A stretch of 59,607 nt of DNA, counting the filler, from Sphacelaria rigidula (lineage: Eukaryota): NCBI GenBank assembly GCA_964200075.2. It is 6 parts of 6 records of this genome, joined end to end, with 100 filler letters (N's around TTAATTAATTAA, not from the genome) between each part and the next. Parts side by side here need not be neighbours in the genome. Positions count along the whole stretch, not along the records: positions 19,905 to 29,756 come from CAXNAA020007633.1; positions 29,857 to 39,707 come from CAXNAA020007634.1; 4 more parts are not named here. The stretch is one strand, 5' to 3'. Position numbers and translations under genes: made by a program. Below, in pieces: positions 24,380-36,416 of this stretch; position 1 is the stretch's first letter, and each line of letters starts with the position of its first letter. Under the pieces are notes generated by a model that saw nothing but the letters and a program-made list of their open reading frames with translations, made no database searches and was not told where the DNA came from.

Positions 24380-27300
24380 CTAATCGATCTTGAAGACGCT
24401 CATCGCGTGCCCCCCACCGCACGTGTGGTCGGCGTTCCCGGAGCAAGGCATCTGGCAAATAGCCTCGCCGTGCTTTGAGAAGTCATCGTCCGCGTTTCCG
24501 CAGAAGCACCTGGTATGTATATGTATACATACAAATGGCCGAGAGACACAGCCGTATGGATTTCATTTCTGAGACATTCAGGTTGAACGTGTTTGATACT
24601 CCAGCGAATTGGAGGTAAGAAACCGGTTCCTTCCGCTTCCACAATATAAGGAATCGTTGAACAAGAAAAGTGCACGGCGACTGTGCTGAGCCAGTTGGGA
24701 AATAAACTGGATTTCTTACAAGTCGCGGGGCAGCGTGTCCCTCCGATTCTTTTGCACACATCTCGTAGTACGAAACCTAGGGGGATATTTAACGATAGGG
24801 ATAGAGCATCAACTGTGTGGTGTTGGGGGGGGGGGGGCGAACCCATCTGTTGCTTGCCTTAGTCGTGGGACCATCGACCACGCATCCCTTTCGGGCGGGG
24901 GCTTGGGGTGTTGNNNNNNNNNNTTTTACACCCTTCGTGTGATAAAGAGTCGTGGGGAGAATTAGTAGGAGAGGCATTGGCCTTTGTGGGGGGGGGGGGG
25001 GGGGGGGGGGGGGGCGTACCCATCTGTTGCTTGCCTTAGTCGTGTGACCATCGACCACGCATCCCTTTCGAGACGGAGCTATGTGTGTTGAAACGTGCTT
25101 TTCAGGAAGACCTCAGCGCCACGCTGAATGCCTCCCAACGGGTACGCGTACTTCACGCGTGCCCTTCAGTCGTGCACACTGTGCGCCAAAACACTGAGCA
25201 AAATATTCGTGAGACCTACCGTACAATAGTGCACTCTACAGCTTAGACGGCTCGTACTGGTTCGTGTTGCTCAGATCTGACGTTCCAGACATATCACAAC
25301 TCACTCTCTGCCGTACTGAAGACCCATGTGAGTAGCCTGACCCTTTCCTCCGCAATAACCTCTGCAGTTCTGCGAACCATCGCATTGCAAAAGCATATGC
25401 ACACGGCGGAACGGAGGGGGCATAGCAACTAAATCAGGAAAGGGAGTTATACGCAAACTATCATCTATACCGAAATGTCGGTGCTTTCAATCACCGTCAC
25501 TTCCGCCCCGAGTCGCTATGTTCGAAAAAGGGAACCGGAACACCTCCGTGTATCGCGCTGCAACTGAATCCTGGAAGCGATTCGCTGGAAATCCAATGCA
25601 TCAAAAGACCCCCACCACAGCACTCGTTCACCACCTTGCCTATCAACACCACTCACCTCGTAGGTCATGCCGTTGGTGCTGACTCTGGGAGAACCATAGG
25701 TCAGGGCGCGATCTCCGTATTTGTCCTTGAAGCAACCCAAGTACTTGCTATTTGTAGGAGTGTTCGAAGGCTCACCGCCATTCTTGTACACATTCATTGC
25801 TAGGTATCCCCCACACGGTTGATGTTTTGCGCCGGGGCAAACGATGTCACATGTTGCTGCACCGTGCTTGTTGATCACGGTATTGCCGTTTCCGCACCAG
25901 CACTGAGTCGTAACAGGCGGCGGGAAAGGGGCGTGGAGAGCAGGGGGGGGTTAAAAACGCATGGATGCGAGATTTCCCGGGACAACGCTGGTGGAGAAAA
26001 CGCTTGGCCTATCAGATTGCGTTTTGTGTCCGGAGTACCCCAATATCCACCTCAATTGAACACGAACACACGCTGCCGTGAAACGTTTGTTCCTCTATGG
26101 TCGCTTATAGACGCATGAAAAATTGACTTACCTGAATGATAGTAGGTCTATCGGCATAAGTAGCAACTATCGCGACGTGTCGCGTAGATTTGTAAGCCTG
26201 CATTTTGTGCATCTACCAATTGTTGGACGTGATTCCTCAGTCCTGAGTAAACATCAAGGCGAAAACATTTGCACGAAGCGGATGGGCGTATCCCTTACCT
26301 ATCCACGAAAAGGAAAACAAAAAATAACGTCAAGAATACAACAGCATCGTCGGCGTGTATGCTTGCAGGATCGCACGTTAACTTCGTTAGTACCGTAGGG
26401 TGGTGAGGGTGAAGACACGAGAATCATCTAGGGCACTAGAAAACCTGACGAGAAGAATCTCCACCTGAATCCTCCCACGCGAATGGACGTACCTCAACTC
26501 CGAACTGCGTTGCAAAGTAGGTGCTGCCGTTGCAGTACCCGGCGCATTTCTGGTGACGTCCAAGACAAAGGGCAGGCGCAGCGGGCAGCACAAGAAATAG
26601 CAACTTCTGCTTAGAACGGCATGTTTCGAACGTCTTCAGCTGAGCACCGACTTTCCAAAGCGCGCAATATATTTGCGAGTATCGCGGTAGCACGCCCCCA
26701 GAAAAGTGTAACGGGGACCGGGGAAAAATCTAAATGTGACGTATTTAGACCTAGCTTCTGAAACCAACTCTCTGCGTCCTTCATACTAAATTTCAAGACT
26801 TGGTTTCTGGAATCACCCACCATCTCACTGCGCTGTATGACCACTTCTTCGTGACGGTTCTTCACCCTTTTGAGGGGGATGTATCGCGGCACCACTCTCT
26901 CATCACCCTTCATACGTCACACGTCGACAGAAAGTCTATAATTGGCAGGTAGACTCACCTCTGCAGTCATCTCGAGGTCAACCCACTTGACTCCGAATAC
27001 CCGATCGTTACGGTTGTCCTTAAAACATCCCATCATGTGAGCACCTCTCGGCGGCGTGGCTTCAGGAGAAGTCCTGATAATCCCATTAGGACCCTCGATT
27101 GAGATATTCTTGTACTCCACCTGGCATGTTCGTTTGGGATCGTTCAGCTTCGAGTGCAGAGGTCGCGCCGACAAATAGTCATAATCATCTGAGGGCGTCG
27201 AGAAATCGTGAAGGCAGCGGGACCGAATCCCCTCTCGTCCACACCATGCGTCTGACCAGAGCGAGTAGCCGAACGTTCAATTCTCTACCCACCGCGGTCC

Positions 27301-29242
27301 ATCTTTTTCGACGAAGTAGCTAGAAACGGCTGGACATCAGAGATCGGTCCATTTAGAACTACTTCGCGTCCTACCGAGGACGTGTGGTCAGTGTCTCAGC
27401 GGCTAAGGCACGACAAACATGAGCACATCCTCTTCTCCCCCATTTCCCCAGCGCGTGTGCAGACCCTGTGACACCCTCTCACCCTCTCCAAGTCGTGCTG
27501 GTGGCAGTGTTAGTACGCTCACCTCGCCGTCAGCGACGTTCCCGGCTGAATGATATAGACCAAGCTTCATGCGAACCATTTCCGCATCCCTGTGCCATGC
27601 CACGGGCTCCAAGTCCTGCGGCCAGACCGCATGGCCGTTGACCGCGCCAGAAATAAATACCTGTCCGCACCACGACCGCAAATGTGAATGTGTATGTGTG
27701 AAAGCCCGGGAACGAACCAAAGGAGCTGGATCCATCACGAAGCTAGATGGTAAGGGGAAAATGCAGAATGGGGAGCGGGATACACTACTGTACTACGTTG
27801 TCCGCCCCGTAAATTAGGACGTGTCATGGACTATACACCCGGCAAGAAGAGGTGAAAGAGCGAGAACCTAGCGGAGGGGCAGGATGCGGCTCACGCTGTT
27901 TCTGCTTTTTCGTCACACCTGTAACCCTTCCGCTTCCTCGGGGCGAGGCCGCGGTCTCAAGGGATCAACCCACCTCTCCCCCAGTATATGCCTTCCATTT
28001 TGATATCGCGGATTGGATCATGACGAGCACTGCCGTACCGCGCCGGCTCTCGTCAAACACTCTTTCTTTGCTACAGCACTCACATCCGCGACTGTTCAAC
28101 AACGAACATAAGAAAATTCTCAAAATAAAGACTCGATTGCACCTACCGAGACCCGAGTCCACCATCTTCCGACCGAACCAGTTTCAGATACATGGATTAG
28201 ATCACCGCGGTGACGTTTTCGATAATCACTGTACTCAACGGTCAGCGCTGCATAAGTGTTGAGCACCACAGTGGTTGTTGTAACCAACCCGATACACACG
28301 TGCTAGGTGGAGTAGAACTCAACTCGCTTCTTTGAACAGTAGTTTCTAACGCAGTTTTTACACGAGAAGCCTAGCGGGTAGTGATGGACGAGCACTATCT
28401 GTCGCGTTTTGCGCGCACTTCTTCCCTGCCCTGACATGCTCGTGATTGGCAAAACTCACCTCCATGGACTTTCCGAATACTGTGACAATCTCGACATGGA
28501 CCCACTCGCCGGTGGCATCTTCCCACGGCAGAAACTCCTCCATCCCAGGGACGTAGTCATCGATGGACTCCTTATTGCTGAATCTCACCTGAATAGACAC
28601 CGCATGCATCCCAAAAATTGATAGACACGGCCCGCTTCTAAGAAGCGGGGTCAATAGAAGCAAAACCTTGCGTTTTCGACGCAGGAAATCCAGCATAAAG
28701 AACGGGGTCTAATAGGGGCCAACCCGCCAGTTCATACGTGGTGTGACAAGTAACGATGTAGCCAGCATCTCCGAAAACTGCGATTCTGAGCGTTAATCGA
28801 ATTCCATACGTTTTGTCTCATCGGATCGGGTCCGCAGATTGCAGCGGCAATTTAAAGAAACTAAATGATTGTTTCCGCCATCCGCATTTCGTATTTGCAA
28901 CTTTGACCCACCCCAAGAAATGCAAAACAAACCCAACAAACGAGAGAATATGGCGCTTGGTATGGTTTCGCGCCGCAGGCCGAACATTCAGCAGAAAAAA
29001 CATCACCATCCTCCGGTAAATGCCCGTCCAGAAAGATCCCGTTACAACGTGTTCCCAAGGAATCACTATCTGTACAATCCATGCCACATACCATGAGGCC
29101 TTTGTTGTTGGCGGTTAGTGAGTAGATGGGGTCGCCCTTAATCATGTAACCGCCAACTGAGCCCTTGAGTTGGCCCAGGTGCGTAAACCTGCTGGTAACT
29201 TGCATGCCTTTCACCGCTCTGAAGCTGTACTTGAACACATAT
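24380..29242 (-). CDS. Putative jelly-roll polysaccharide (alginate, PL41-like) lyase with two C-terminal WSC domains; last 8 exons, 5' part missing
   Basis: Phase-consistent GT-AG exons 29242-29092, 28588-28460, 27660-27523, 27120-26959, 26549-26493, 25902-25657, 25369-25305, 24509-24380 (TAG). Motifs FTHLGQLKG, GEWVHVEI, RMKLGLYH, VEYKNISI, then two GCFKD...C..YC...Q.G.EC.CG...C...C.G....CGG..AM.V WSC repeats. Exon structure and WSC calls are firm; the lyase family call is less so. Confidence 0.8.
24825..25079 (-). mobile_element. Two poly(C)-tailed LINE 3' stubs (24825-24902 and 24988-25079) in the last intron of the lyase gene
   Basis: poly(G)-cg.acccatctgttgcttgccttagtcgtg.gaccatcgaccacgcatccctttcg is the reverse complement of the family end. 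Confidence 0.8.
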
Positions 29243-29685
29243 CTGATTCAACCGATGATACACGGGGGGGGGGGGTTGGTCGGGGCGGGGTAGTTTATTT
29301 TTCATATTTTTATTTATTTATTTGTCGTACTTTGAACCCCTCCCCTTCCTCGGGATATGAGTCCGTGGTCTCAAGGGATCGACCATTACACCACCGGGGC
29401 GCGGCCGATTAGGTAGTGGACCATCTATTCGTACAAGCAGCAAATAATACTATCACATACCTAAAATAATAATGCGGAATTTGTTCTGAGTAAGGCGTAG
29501 GGATCAGATGAGGATCGATCGTTTAATCGGGATCAACGAGCCCCGAGGGCGTATTGAAAAATCCACGCCTCCCAGATGGACTCTATTATTTGTCCGGGGG
29601 GCATGTTCCGAGTTCTACTGTAGGTCAATGACGTATGAACATATTTAAGCTCAACTTCTACCCACCATTTCTCCGCCGTACCCAG

Positions 29686-29756
29686 AGCCGGTCGCCCCGG
29701 TGGCTCAGTTGGTAACCTCGTAACCTTCTGATGGTTGAGTTGGAGGGTTCGATTCC
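29686..29756 (+). mobile_element. tRNA-derived SINE head with Pol III A and B boxes, cut by the spacer
   Basis: A box TGGCTCAGTTGG (29701-29712), B box GGTTCGATTCC (29746-29756); same 5' leader AGCCGGTCGCCCCGG as at 54041. Confidence 0.65.
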
Positions 29757-29856
29757 NNNNNNNNNNNNNNNNNNNNNNNNNNNNNNNNNNNNNNNNNNNN
29801 TTAATTAATTAANNNNNNNNNNNNNNNNNNNNNNNNNNNNNNNNNNNNNNNNNNNN
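29757..29856. other. Artificial spacer
   Basis: Same design; truncates a SINE head and the lyase gene 5' end. Confidence 0.97.
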
Positions 29857-31999
29857 AAACGAAAGAGTTCGTTTTTTCAAAGTACATCGACATGGTTGAA
29901 ATGACTCTCCTAACCCGACTCCCCTGAGGCAGCCCGTCACGGTATTGCTACTCATGCTTCATCACGCTTTGTTCGAAAACACGCATGAGAGATACCAGCG
30001 AGTCTATTGTTGTTGCACTTGAGGGTGTGGTGAACCAGGTTTTCGATCTAGTACTGCCGCATGCTCCGTGCTGTACCAACTAGTATACCGTACGAGTTCA
30101 AAAACGGATATGCATAAAATGGACGCCACCGACATGCTCCGGTTATTATGAACTGTGTACGAGGTGCGGGGATCGTAGTTTTTGCCAAGAAATGCAAGGA
30201 CGCAACCATACTGCAGTACAGGTAGTTTTTATTATTAGCATACAACACGTGATTCGAAGGAGACACAAGACGAAACATTTACATGATGATACCCGAGGGT
30301 GTTGGTGCTGAAACGAGTCCACCGGTCCCTCCACTACCTACCGTAAGGAGATAAATACCACTTGTTAATACAAAATAAGTTACGGGCAGACCTTCATTTC
30401 AGAGTAGAGAGCCCAGCCGGGACCACTCCGGGTTCACCGCCAAAATCCGAGACGGCAACGTCCCAAACACCGAAATTAATCGAAATTGAAAGCGCCCTGG
30501 ACACAGGGCAATCTATTCACAAAGTGAAGTTGGTTTCTGCTACGGGTGAAACTTCGACTGAGCGGTTTTTCCCGACTCCGTTCTTGCGACAGGATTTTTG
30601 CGACCTGGTTCTTGCGACCCAATTCTTGCGATAGTTTTTTGGTACATTTTCCTACTCTAAAACCCCTATCGATTTCGTTTTTTTGGGGATAACTTCGTCA
30701 AACAGACAACAAACGCATCATGCTCCGAGGGGCACCTGGACACACAGCAGTTACCGCTGCCTGCCTAGTATCATCGTCCGAATCGAAGTCTTGGCTGAGA
30801 ACGCCCAGCCTTTGGTGCCCATATACAAGTAATAATGATCTTCACCTAGTATCATGCTCCAAAACGTACCTGACAAGGGGGCAAAACCCCCGTACAGACA
30901 GTAGCAATGCTAGCGGATTTTATGTCCTGACAATCTGTGGCAGTCTGGCAGCCGGGGAGGTGGTTATGGTAGTGTCCTTCAGCAGTAGGCGGTAATTCCC
31001 ATTCGATTCCACCCGGAGGATAGAGTAAGGAAGATATGGGTTAGGGTTTTCGACGGATTACCGTATGGATTTATCCTGGGGGCAAATTCTTGAAAATGAA
31101 TAAGAAAAATTATCCTTCGAGGAGCGAGCATAATTCGGCCTTCATCAGACGCGCCGTGGGTAAGGTTCGCTTCCGACGATCCCTCGAAACGCGGAGCCGT
31201 CAACACCGGCCACTCCAACAGCCAAGGGGTCTTGGCGACGTGGACTCTGTTCTGTGTTGTCAAGCCGTGTGTGTCCAGCGAGGATCCGAAGAGAATGCTA
31301 TCTGGAACACATGACCTGGCAGCATGGGGCGGAGTGTAGGAAAAACTCGGAGTTGCACGGAGGACGACACCACACTTCAGTGGCGCTTGCACTTGACGGA
31401 GGACGTCCAGTTGGGAGGCTTCGTGATTAAGTTGGTTTCAGGTTACATGCAAGGGCCCCAACCGCAGTGACGACAACTCGTGTTGATCGAACCTTGGACG
31501 GCATTCGATCTGGATCACGAGGCGCAGGTTGGTGTGGCTAGAGGGGTACAATGGTAGCATCCTCAGTTGCCGATTGTAAGTAAGGTGGTCAACACTACGA
31601 AGAGAGTTCATCTCCTGCGTAAGGGCAGAGTAGTAGCCAAGGTCGTGGCTGTTAATGTTCGGGATCGCGAACGGTTACAGAATCTGCTGGTTCCCGATCC
31701 TGGCTAAACGCTCAAGTCGATGCTGGAGAAAGATGAGACTGAATTGACCAGTACAAAACCGATGTCCGAGTCGGCAGAGACGAAAGGGGAAGACACGGCG
31801 GAACCCAGCGGGGTGGATCTCTCGGAGGCAAACATGGGTCAGTTGGGCTCTGTACAAAAATCCCAGCTGTTGGCTTTGTTAAGCGACTTGAATGACGCGG
31901 GTCTTTTCGCGGTGGATCCTAAACGAGTGAAGGGAGCTCGTGGAGAGCCGCTACGGTTGCGGTTAAAGGACTCCACGTGTCGGCTATTCACTGCCGGCA

Positions 32000-33250
32000 C
32001 TTGGCGGTATTCGCCGGAATAGGAAACAGCTATCCAGGATGAAGTCTAAAAGCTCATTGAGCGAGGGGTAATCGAGTCCTTGACGTCTGTATGCACAGCC
32101 ACCTGAGTCACGGTTCGAAAGAAAGATGGTGGTCTACGACTATGTCAAGTTTACCGCGGACTAGATGAACTTCTACAGTAGAGTCGTACAGCGGTGGTTT
32201 GGGGGACATGCAAACCATGTACAGTGGACTGCTGGGATCGCGATACTTCACGTGTCGGTTTGGCGAGCGGATTCTTCCAGTTGAAGGTAGCGAATGAGGA
32301 TCGACACCTCACGGCCTTTCGCGATGCAAAGGGGCACCTGTGGAAGTACCAACGCTGCGGGTTCGGGCTTGAGGTACTGCCAGCGAATTTTCACCGAATC
32401 ATATACGAAGCGTTGCTACCGACAAGATGTGTCAAGAACTGGTTAGACGACATCTTATGGCCAAGTGCGACCTTCCCCAGCCACATGACTGGGTTGAAAG
32501 TCGTGCTGCATTGCTTGCTGACTGCGGGTCTCACTGTGAACTTCCAGAAATCACAGTGGTGCACACAGCAGCAAGACTTCGTGGGGGTGACGATTGATGC
32601 CTCGGGAATATGACCTTCACAGTCTAAAATCGAGGCTATCGCTCAGTTGGTAGAGCCACGGAAGTTGGAGGGCGTATGGTCGTGCTTGGGTATGACAGAG
32701 TACCTTCGGCGATAGATCAAGGGGTACAGCGCGCTGGCGGCACCACTCACTGATTTGCCGCACGATAAACGGTTTGCCACCAAGCGATCACGCAGGTTGA
32801 TGATCCCACGGGGCCCACAGCAGCAACAAGCATTCTTGGACCTGAAGAAGGCCCTGATGTCGTATCCAATATTGGCGTACCCAAATAGGAATGAGCGGTT
32901 CGTTCTGCACTCCCACGCGTCAGAATACGCGGCGGGAGCAGCATTAGCCCACGATGCGAATAAGAGAAAGTGGATAGTCGAGTATGCCAGTCACAGATGG
33001 TCTCGACGGATGAGGGTAAGTCCGCGTCGAAAAAAGAGGTAATCGCTGTACTGTGGTCTGTAGAGCGATTTAGGTCTTATCTATGGGGGCGAGAGTGTAC
33101 TCTGGTTACGGATTATTGCGCCTTGACGTGGCTGTTTCATTGTCAGAACTTGTCGCCCAAGTGCCATCGATGGGTGCTGAGGTTGATGGAGTACAATATG
33201 GTCTTCAAGTGGAGGGCTACCCACATCAGCCGCCAGGCGCCCTGTCCCAG
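32000..33250 (+). pseudogene. Gypsy reverse transcriptase and RNase H (degenerate)
   Basis: VTVRKKDGGLRLC, LASGFFQL, HLTAF, WLDDIL, ILAYP, FVLHSHASEYAAGAAL, YLWGRECTLVTDYCALTWL, RWVLRLMEY. Confidence 0.92.
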
Positions 33251-33504
33251 TAGCAGGGTAGCCAGGAAAGAGAACCCGACGTTGATCTTGTCATTCCCTG
33301 ACGACACTACTGAAGCCGGACCGGGGGAAGAGGGAGGGCCATCGGGACCCAAACTGGATGGGGTACTTCTAAAGGAACTGGAGGCTGATTATCCGAAAGC
33401 CACTGCGGATGTCATGGCACTAGCATCAGAAGAGGTCAGCGCGTTGTTTCCACCGGAAGCAGCTGATGGCTCCGAAAGTGCGGTGCCAAATCCGGAGAAG
33501 CGAC

Positions 33505-34370
33505 GGAAGTGTGCTGGCTGCCGGGAAGTTTCTGGAGGTGCTAAATGCCACTGATGCGTATTGGAAAGTACTGGATTGTGTTAGATAAAAACAAATCGGA
33601 AAGGGGGTGCGGCTGGTACGCACGATTCATGAACGGCGATCTTTCCATAATCTAGTGGAAGAATTGCAACCAGAGGCATTTGTACGGGATGCGAGGCGGT
33701 TTGTGCCAATCGATCGAACTATTCCGGAGTCGGAGTCAGTCATTGTCACCAAGAAGTTAGTACAGCCGTTCCTCTCTTCGACTTTTGTGACGACGGTAAT
33801 CGTGGAGGGCATGGCTGCGATAGTGTACTCGTTCAGCTGCAACGAACTCCTTGTTCCGCTGTTGAACGGAGCTGGTTGTCTCACAGAGCAGGTTTCCGTC
33901 TTAGCCGAACAGGTGGGCTCATCATACCGGAAGAGGCGGACCTACGTAGTCGCAGTGAAAGCTGACTGTTGACGGTAGGCTCGACTGCGAGCGTGGAGGC
34001 GACGTCTTGAAGCGCATGCAGACGCCTGTCCAACATTAGGGCACCTGTTAGGCCGGATAGGGACCCTTTTTCTTAGAGTCGACGGGACAAGGCAGATCGA
34101 TCCACGCATTTGAGGAGCCGATGCCCACGTTGTCTAGATCTCGGCTGACGAAAGAGAAACCGAAACGCGAGGAATTCACACCTCACAAGGCTGACGCGGG
34201 GGAATGGGAAGAAACCCTCGAAGTGGAGAGGGCCGATTATATAAGAGATGCCACGGCTTGCGACTGGTACGAAACACCACCTTCTGTGAATGAGGCTGCA
34301 ATGCCAGAGATTGCGGCGAGTTTTGTTCACCTGTGGATGATGAAGGCGGCGTTAGCCAATTTGAAGGCGG
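33505..34370 (+). pseudogene. Degenerate cytosine-5 DNA methyltransferase-like domain inside Gypsy pol
   Basis: One frame 33505-33972: GSVLAAGKFLEVLNATDAYWKVLDCVR* (motif I end/II-like), VIVEGM (VI-like), VLAEQVGSSYRKRRTYVVAV (VIII-like); after a frameshift EPMPTL...FTPHKADA...IAASFVHLWMMKAAL (TRD and IX/X-like). Catalytic PC is absent. Confidence 0.6.
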
Positions 34371-34759
34371 AAGGTTTGTCGGGCCCGAACCCGTCCCGAA
34401 ATGGTGTAGATGAGGGACTGAGTACGACCGCGACGCTGTGGCCTCACGATGAAGCGCATGTACCGGAAGATTGGGGAGCCGCGGTGATCCGTTCGTCGGC
34501 TCGAGATTCCGGCCAGGACTCTAATCAAGAGGCCTGTAGGGAGGAGGTTCCAACCGAGGAGCCACAGCCGCAGAATGCTCGTAAGGCCCCCACAGTTCTC
34601 GATCAAGCGAGAGTGATCTTGGTGGAAAAGCCACGACTGGCAGAGTTCTAAGAACGAGATTCACGGCTTGGGCCCATCAAAGATGCGTTACTGCAGAAAG
34701 TCCAAAATGGGAAGACTGGCCAAGGACAGGAAACGTATGTTCTAGATGATGATGACCTA

Positions 34760-35450
34760 TTGCGGTATATATCACCTCGAGCACCTGCAAAGTCAGCTGT
34801 TCCACGCAGTCTGATGCCTGGCTTGCTGACATTTGTAAATACAACGTACGGGCATGCCGGGGTGATGAGGACAACTGTCGTAGTCAGTGCACGTTATGAG
34901 TGGCCCGGTCTTCGCCGATACTCGCAAATACTTATTGTTTTACGGTTGTCGTCGACGCAAGCGCACTAATAGCAACGCTATAGCGATGCGGCAGACCCGA
35001 TTCTTGCTGTCATGGGAGGTGATAGGGATGGACATATCGGACATGAAGCAGATGTTTCGCTGCGGGGAACGGATACTTGTTAGTTGTAGTGGATCGGGCG
35101 ACCAAGTGTCTCTTTGCTTTTCTACTAGCAGCCAAGGTCACCCAACCCCTATCCCGGTGTTTGCTCATGCTCTTCTAGACGTTTGGGGTACCCTATTTCC
35201 TCAGGAGTGGCGCTAGGGGGGAGTTCACTTCGGAAGTAGTGAGCCATGTATGCCAGTGGATAAAGATGAAGCTGGATCATGATTCGGCCGATCATCCTCG
35301 TGGTCAAGATGCCGTGGAAAGGTACGGAAGTGGTTACATGATGTCTTAGCCGAGTCATGCAAGCAATGGCCCGAAAGGTGGGACACATTTGTGGATCCCG
35401 CGGTATGAATTCACCGCACTACCCCTGACCCTTCACTGCCAGACCAACCC
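34760..35450 (+). pseudogene. Gypsy integrase zinc-binding and core domains (degenerate)
   Basis: YGHAGVMRT...RYEWPGL...CRRRK; WEVIGMDI; YLLVVVDRATK; FGVPYFLRS; GEFTSEVV; AVER. Confidence 0.88.
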
Positions 35451-35780
35451 ACCCCTTTTAAGCCGCTATGTGCGCGGGAGCTTCGTAACCGACTAGATTC
35501 TGTGTCACCGGAAGTAGAGTCATCACCGTTGAATAACACATTGGAGCAGCAACGACAGAACCTCAAGGAAGTCCGGGAGCTACTAGCTTGACGCCACCAG
35601 CGGAGGAATGGGGTAAGATCAGCTAGAAACGCTAAGATGACCCGCTAATCAGCCGGGGCACAAGCTCAAGTAGAGGGTCTGATGCTAGTGAAAGAGTCAG
35701 ATAGCTCTCTCGCGAACGAGAGTGTGTCGGACAAATTATTTAATGACTTATGGACAGGGCCATAGATAGCGCAACAACTT

Positions 35781-36416
35781 GTGACACCAGGTCTCAGTTT
35801 CAAAGTCAGGGTTCATGGGCGCAAGATCCGCGAGCGGGTGGTTTTCGCGGCCAACGTGAAGAAATTTCATGTGCGACCAGAACCATTACGACACTCATTC
35901 CCAAATAAATACTCACAGTTAGAGTGGGGGGCTGATATGAGGCTGGCAGTGGATATTGCGTCAGAGTCACCGCTGTTACATACGTTGATCGGCCGGAAAG
36001 TGGTGTTGGGTACGGGATCGTCATGGTTATGGCAGTATTGGGGGTTGTATCATGCTGGGGTGCAGTCACACTGGCTACCAGAAGAGGACGTTTTAGATAG
36101 ATTCTCTGGGCTACAGCAGGACGTCTTCCATGCCTTGTGGGAATTATACTACCCCCAAATCCGACCGCGCCAACCCACTACGCTATCCCGAGCAGAGAAG
36201 AACTCGGTCGCTCGGGATGAAGCATTACAGCAAATCCCCCGAGGCACGAAGATCCATAAACGGTTTACGGACAACAAGAGTGAGCAGCGGGAATACGAAG
36301 GGGTAGCATTCGATTTCCGCCAGCCGTACTACCGTGTTAAATATGAAGATGGGGATTGGGAAGAGATGACCCAGTTACAGGTAAGAAAGTATATGACGGA
36401 GGACTTGGACGCATGA
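35781..36416 (+). CDS. Integrase C-terminal extension with chromodomain-like and Tudor-like modules
   Basis: Follows WTGP (GPY/F); LIGRKVV...WQYWGLYHAGVQSHWLPEEDV (chromo-like, from ~35975); GTKIHKRF...YEGVAFDFRQPYYRVKYEDGDWEEMT (PTM/DIR17-type Tudor-like, ~36243-36395); 211 codons open. Confidence 0.7.
   Translation: MTPGLSFKVRVHGRKIRERVVFAANVKKFHVRPEPLRHSFPNKYSQLEWGADMRLAVDIASESPLLHTLIGRKVVLGTGSSWLWQYWGLYHAGVQSHWLPEEDVLDRFSGLQQDVFHALWELYYPQIRPRQPTTLSRAEKNSVARDEALQQIPRGTKIHKRFTDNKSEQREYEGVAFDFRQPYYRVKYEDGDWEEMTQLQVRKYMTEDLDA

Noticed and set aside
29686-29756. Functional tRNA gene
   Set aside because: No convincing anticodon arm, truncated by the spacer, and its 5' leader is shared with a second decayed copy; SINE head fits better.
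30000-31000. 5' LTR and gag of the Gypsy element
   Set aside because: No match to the sequence following the purine tract at 36784; the element appears 5'-truncated.
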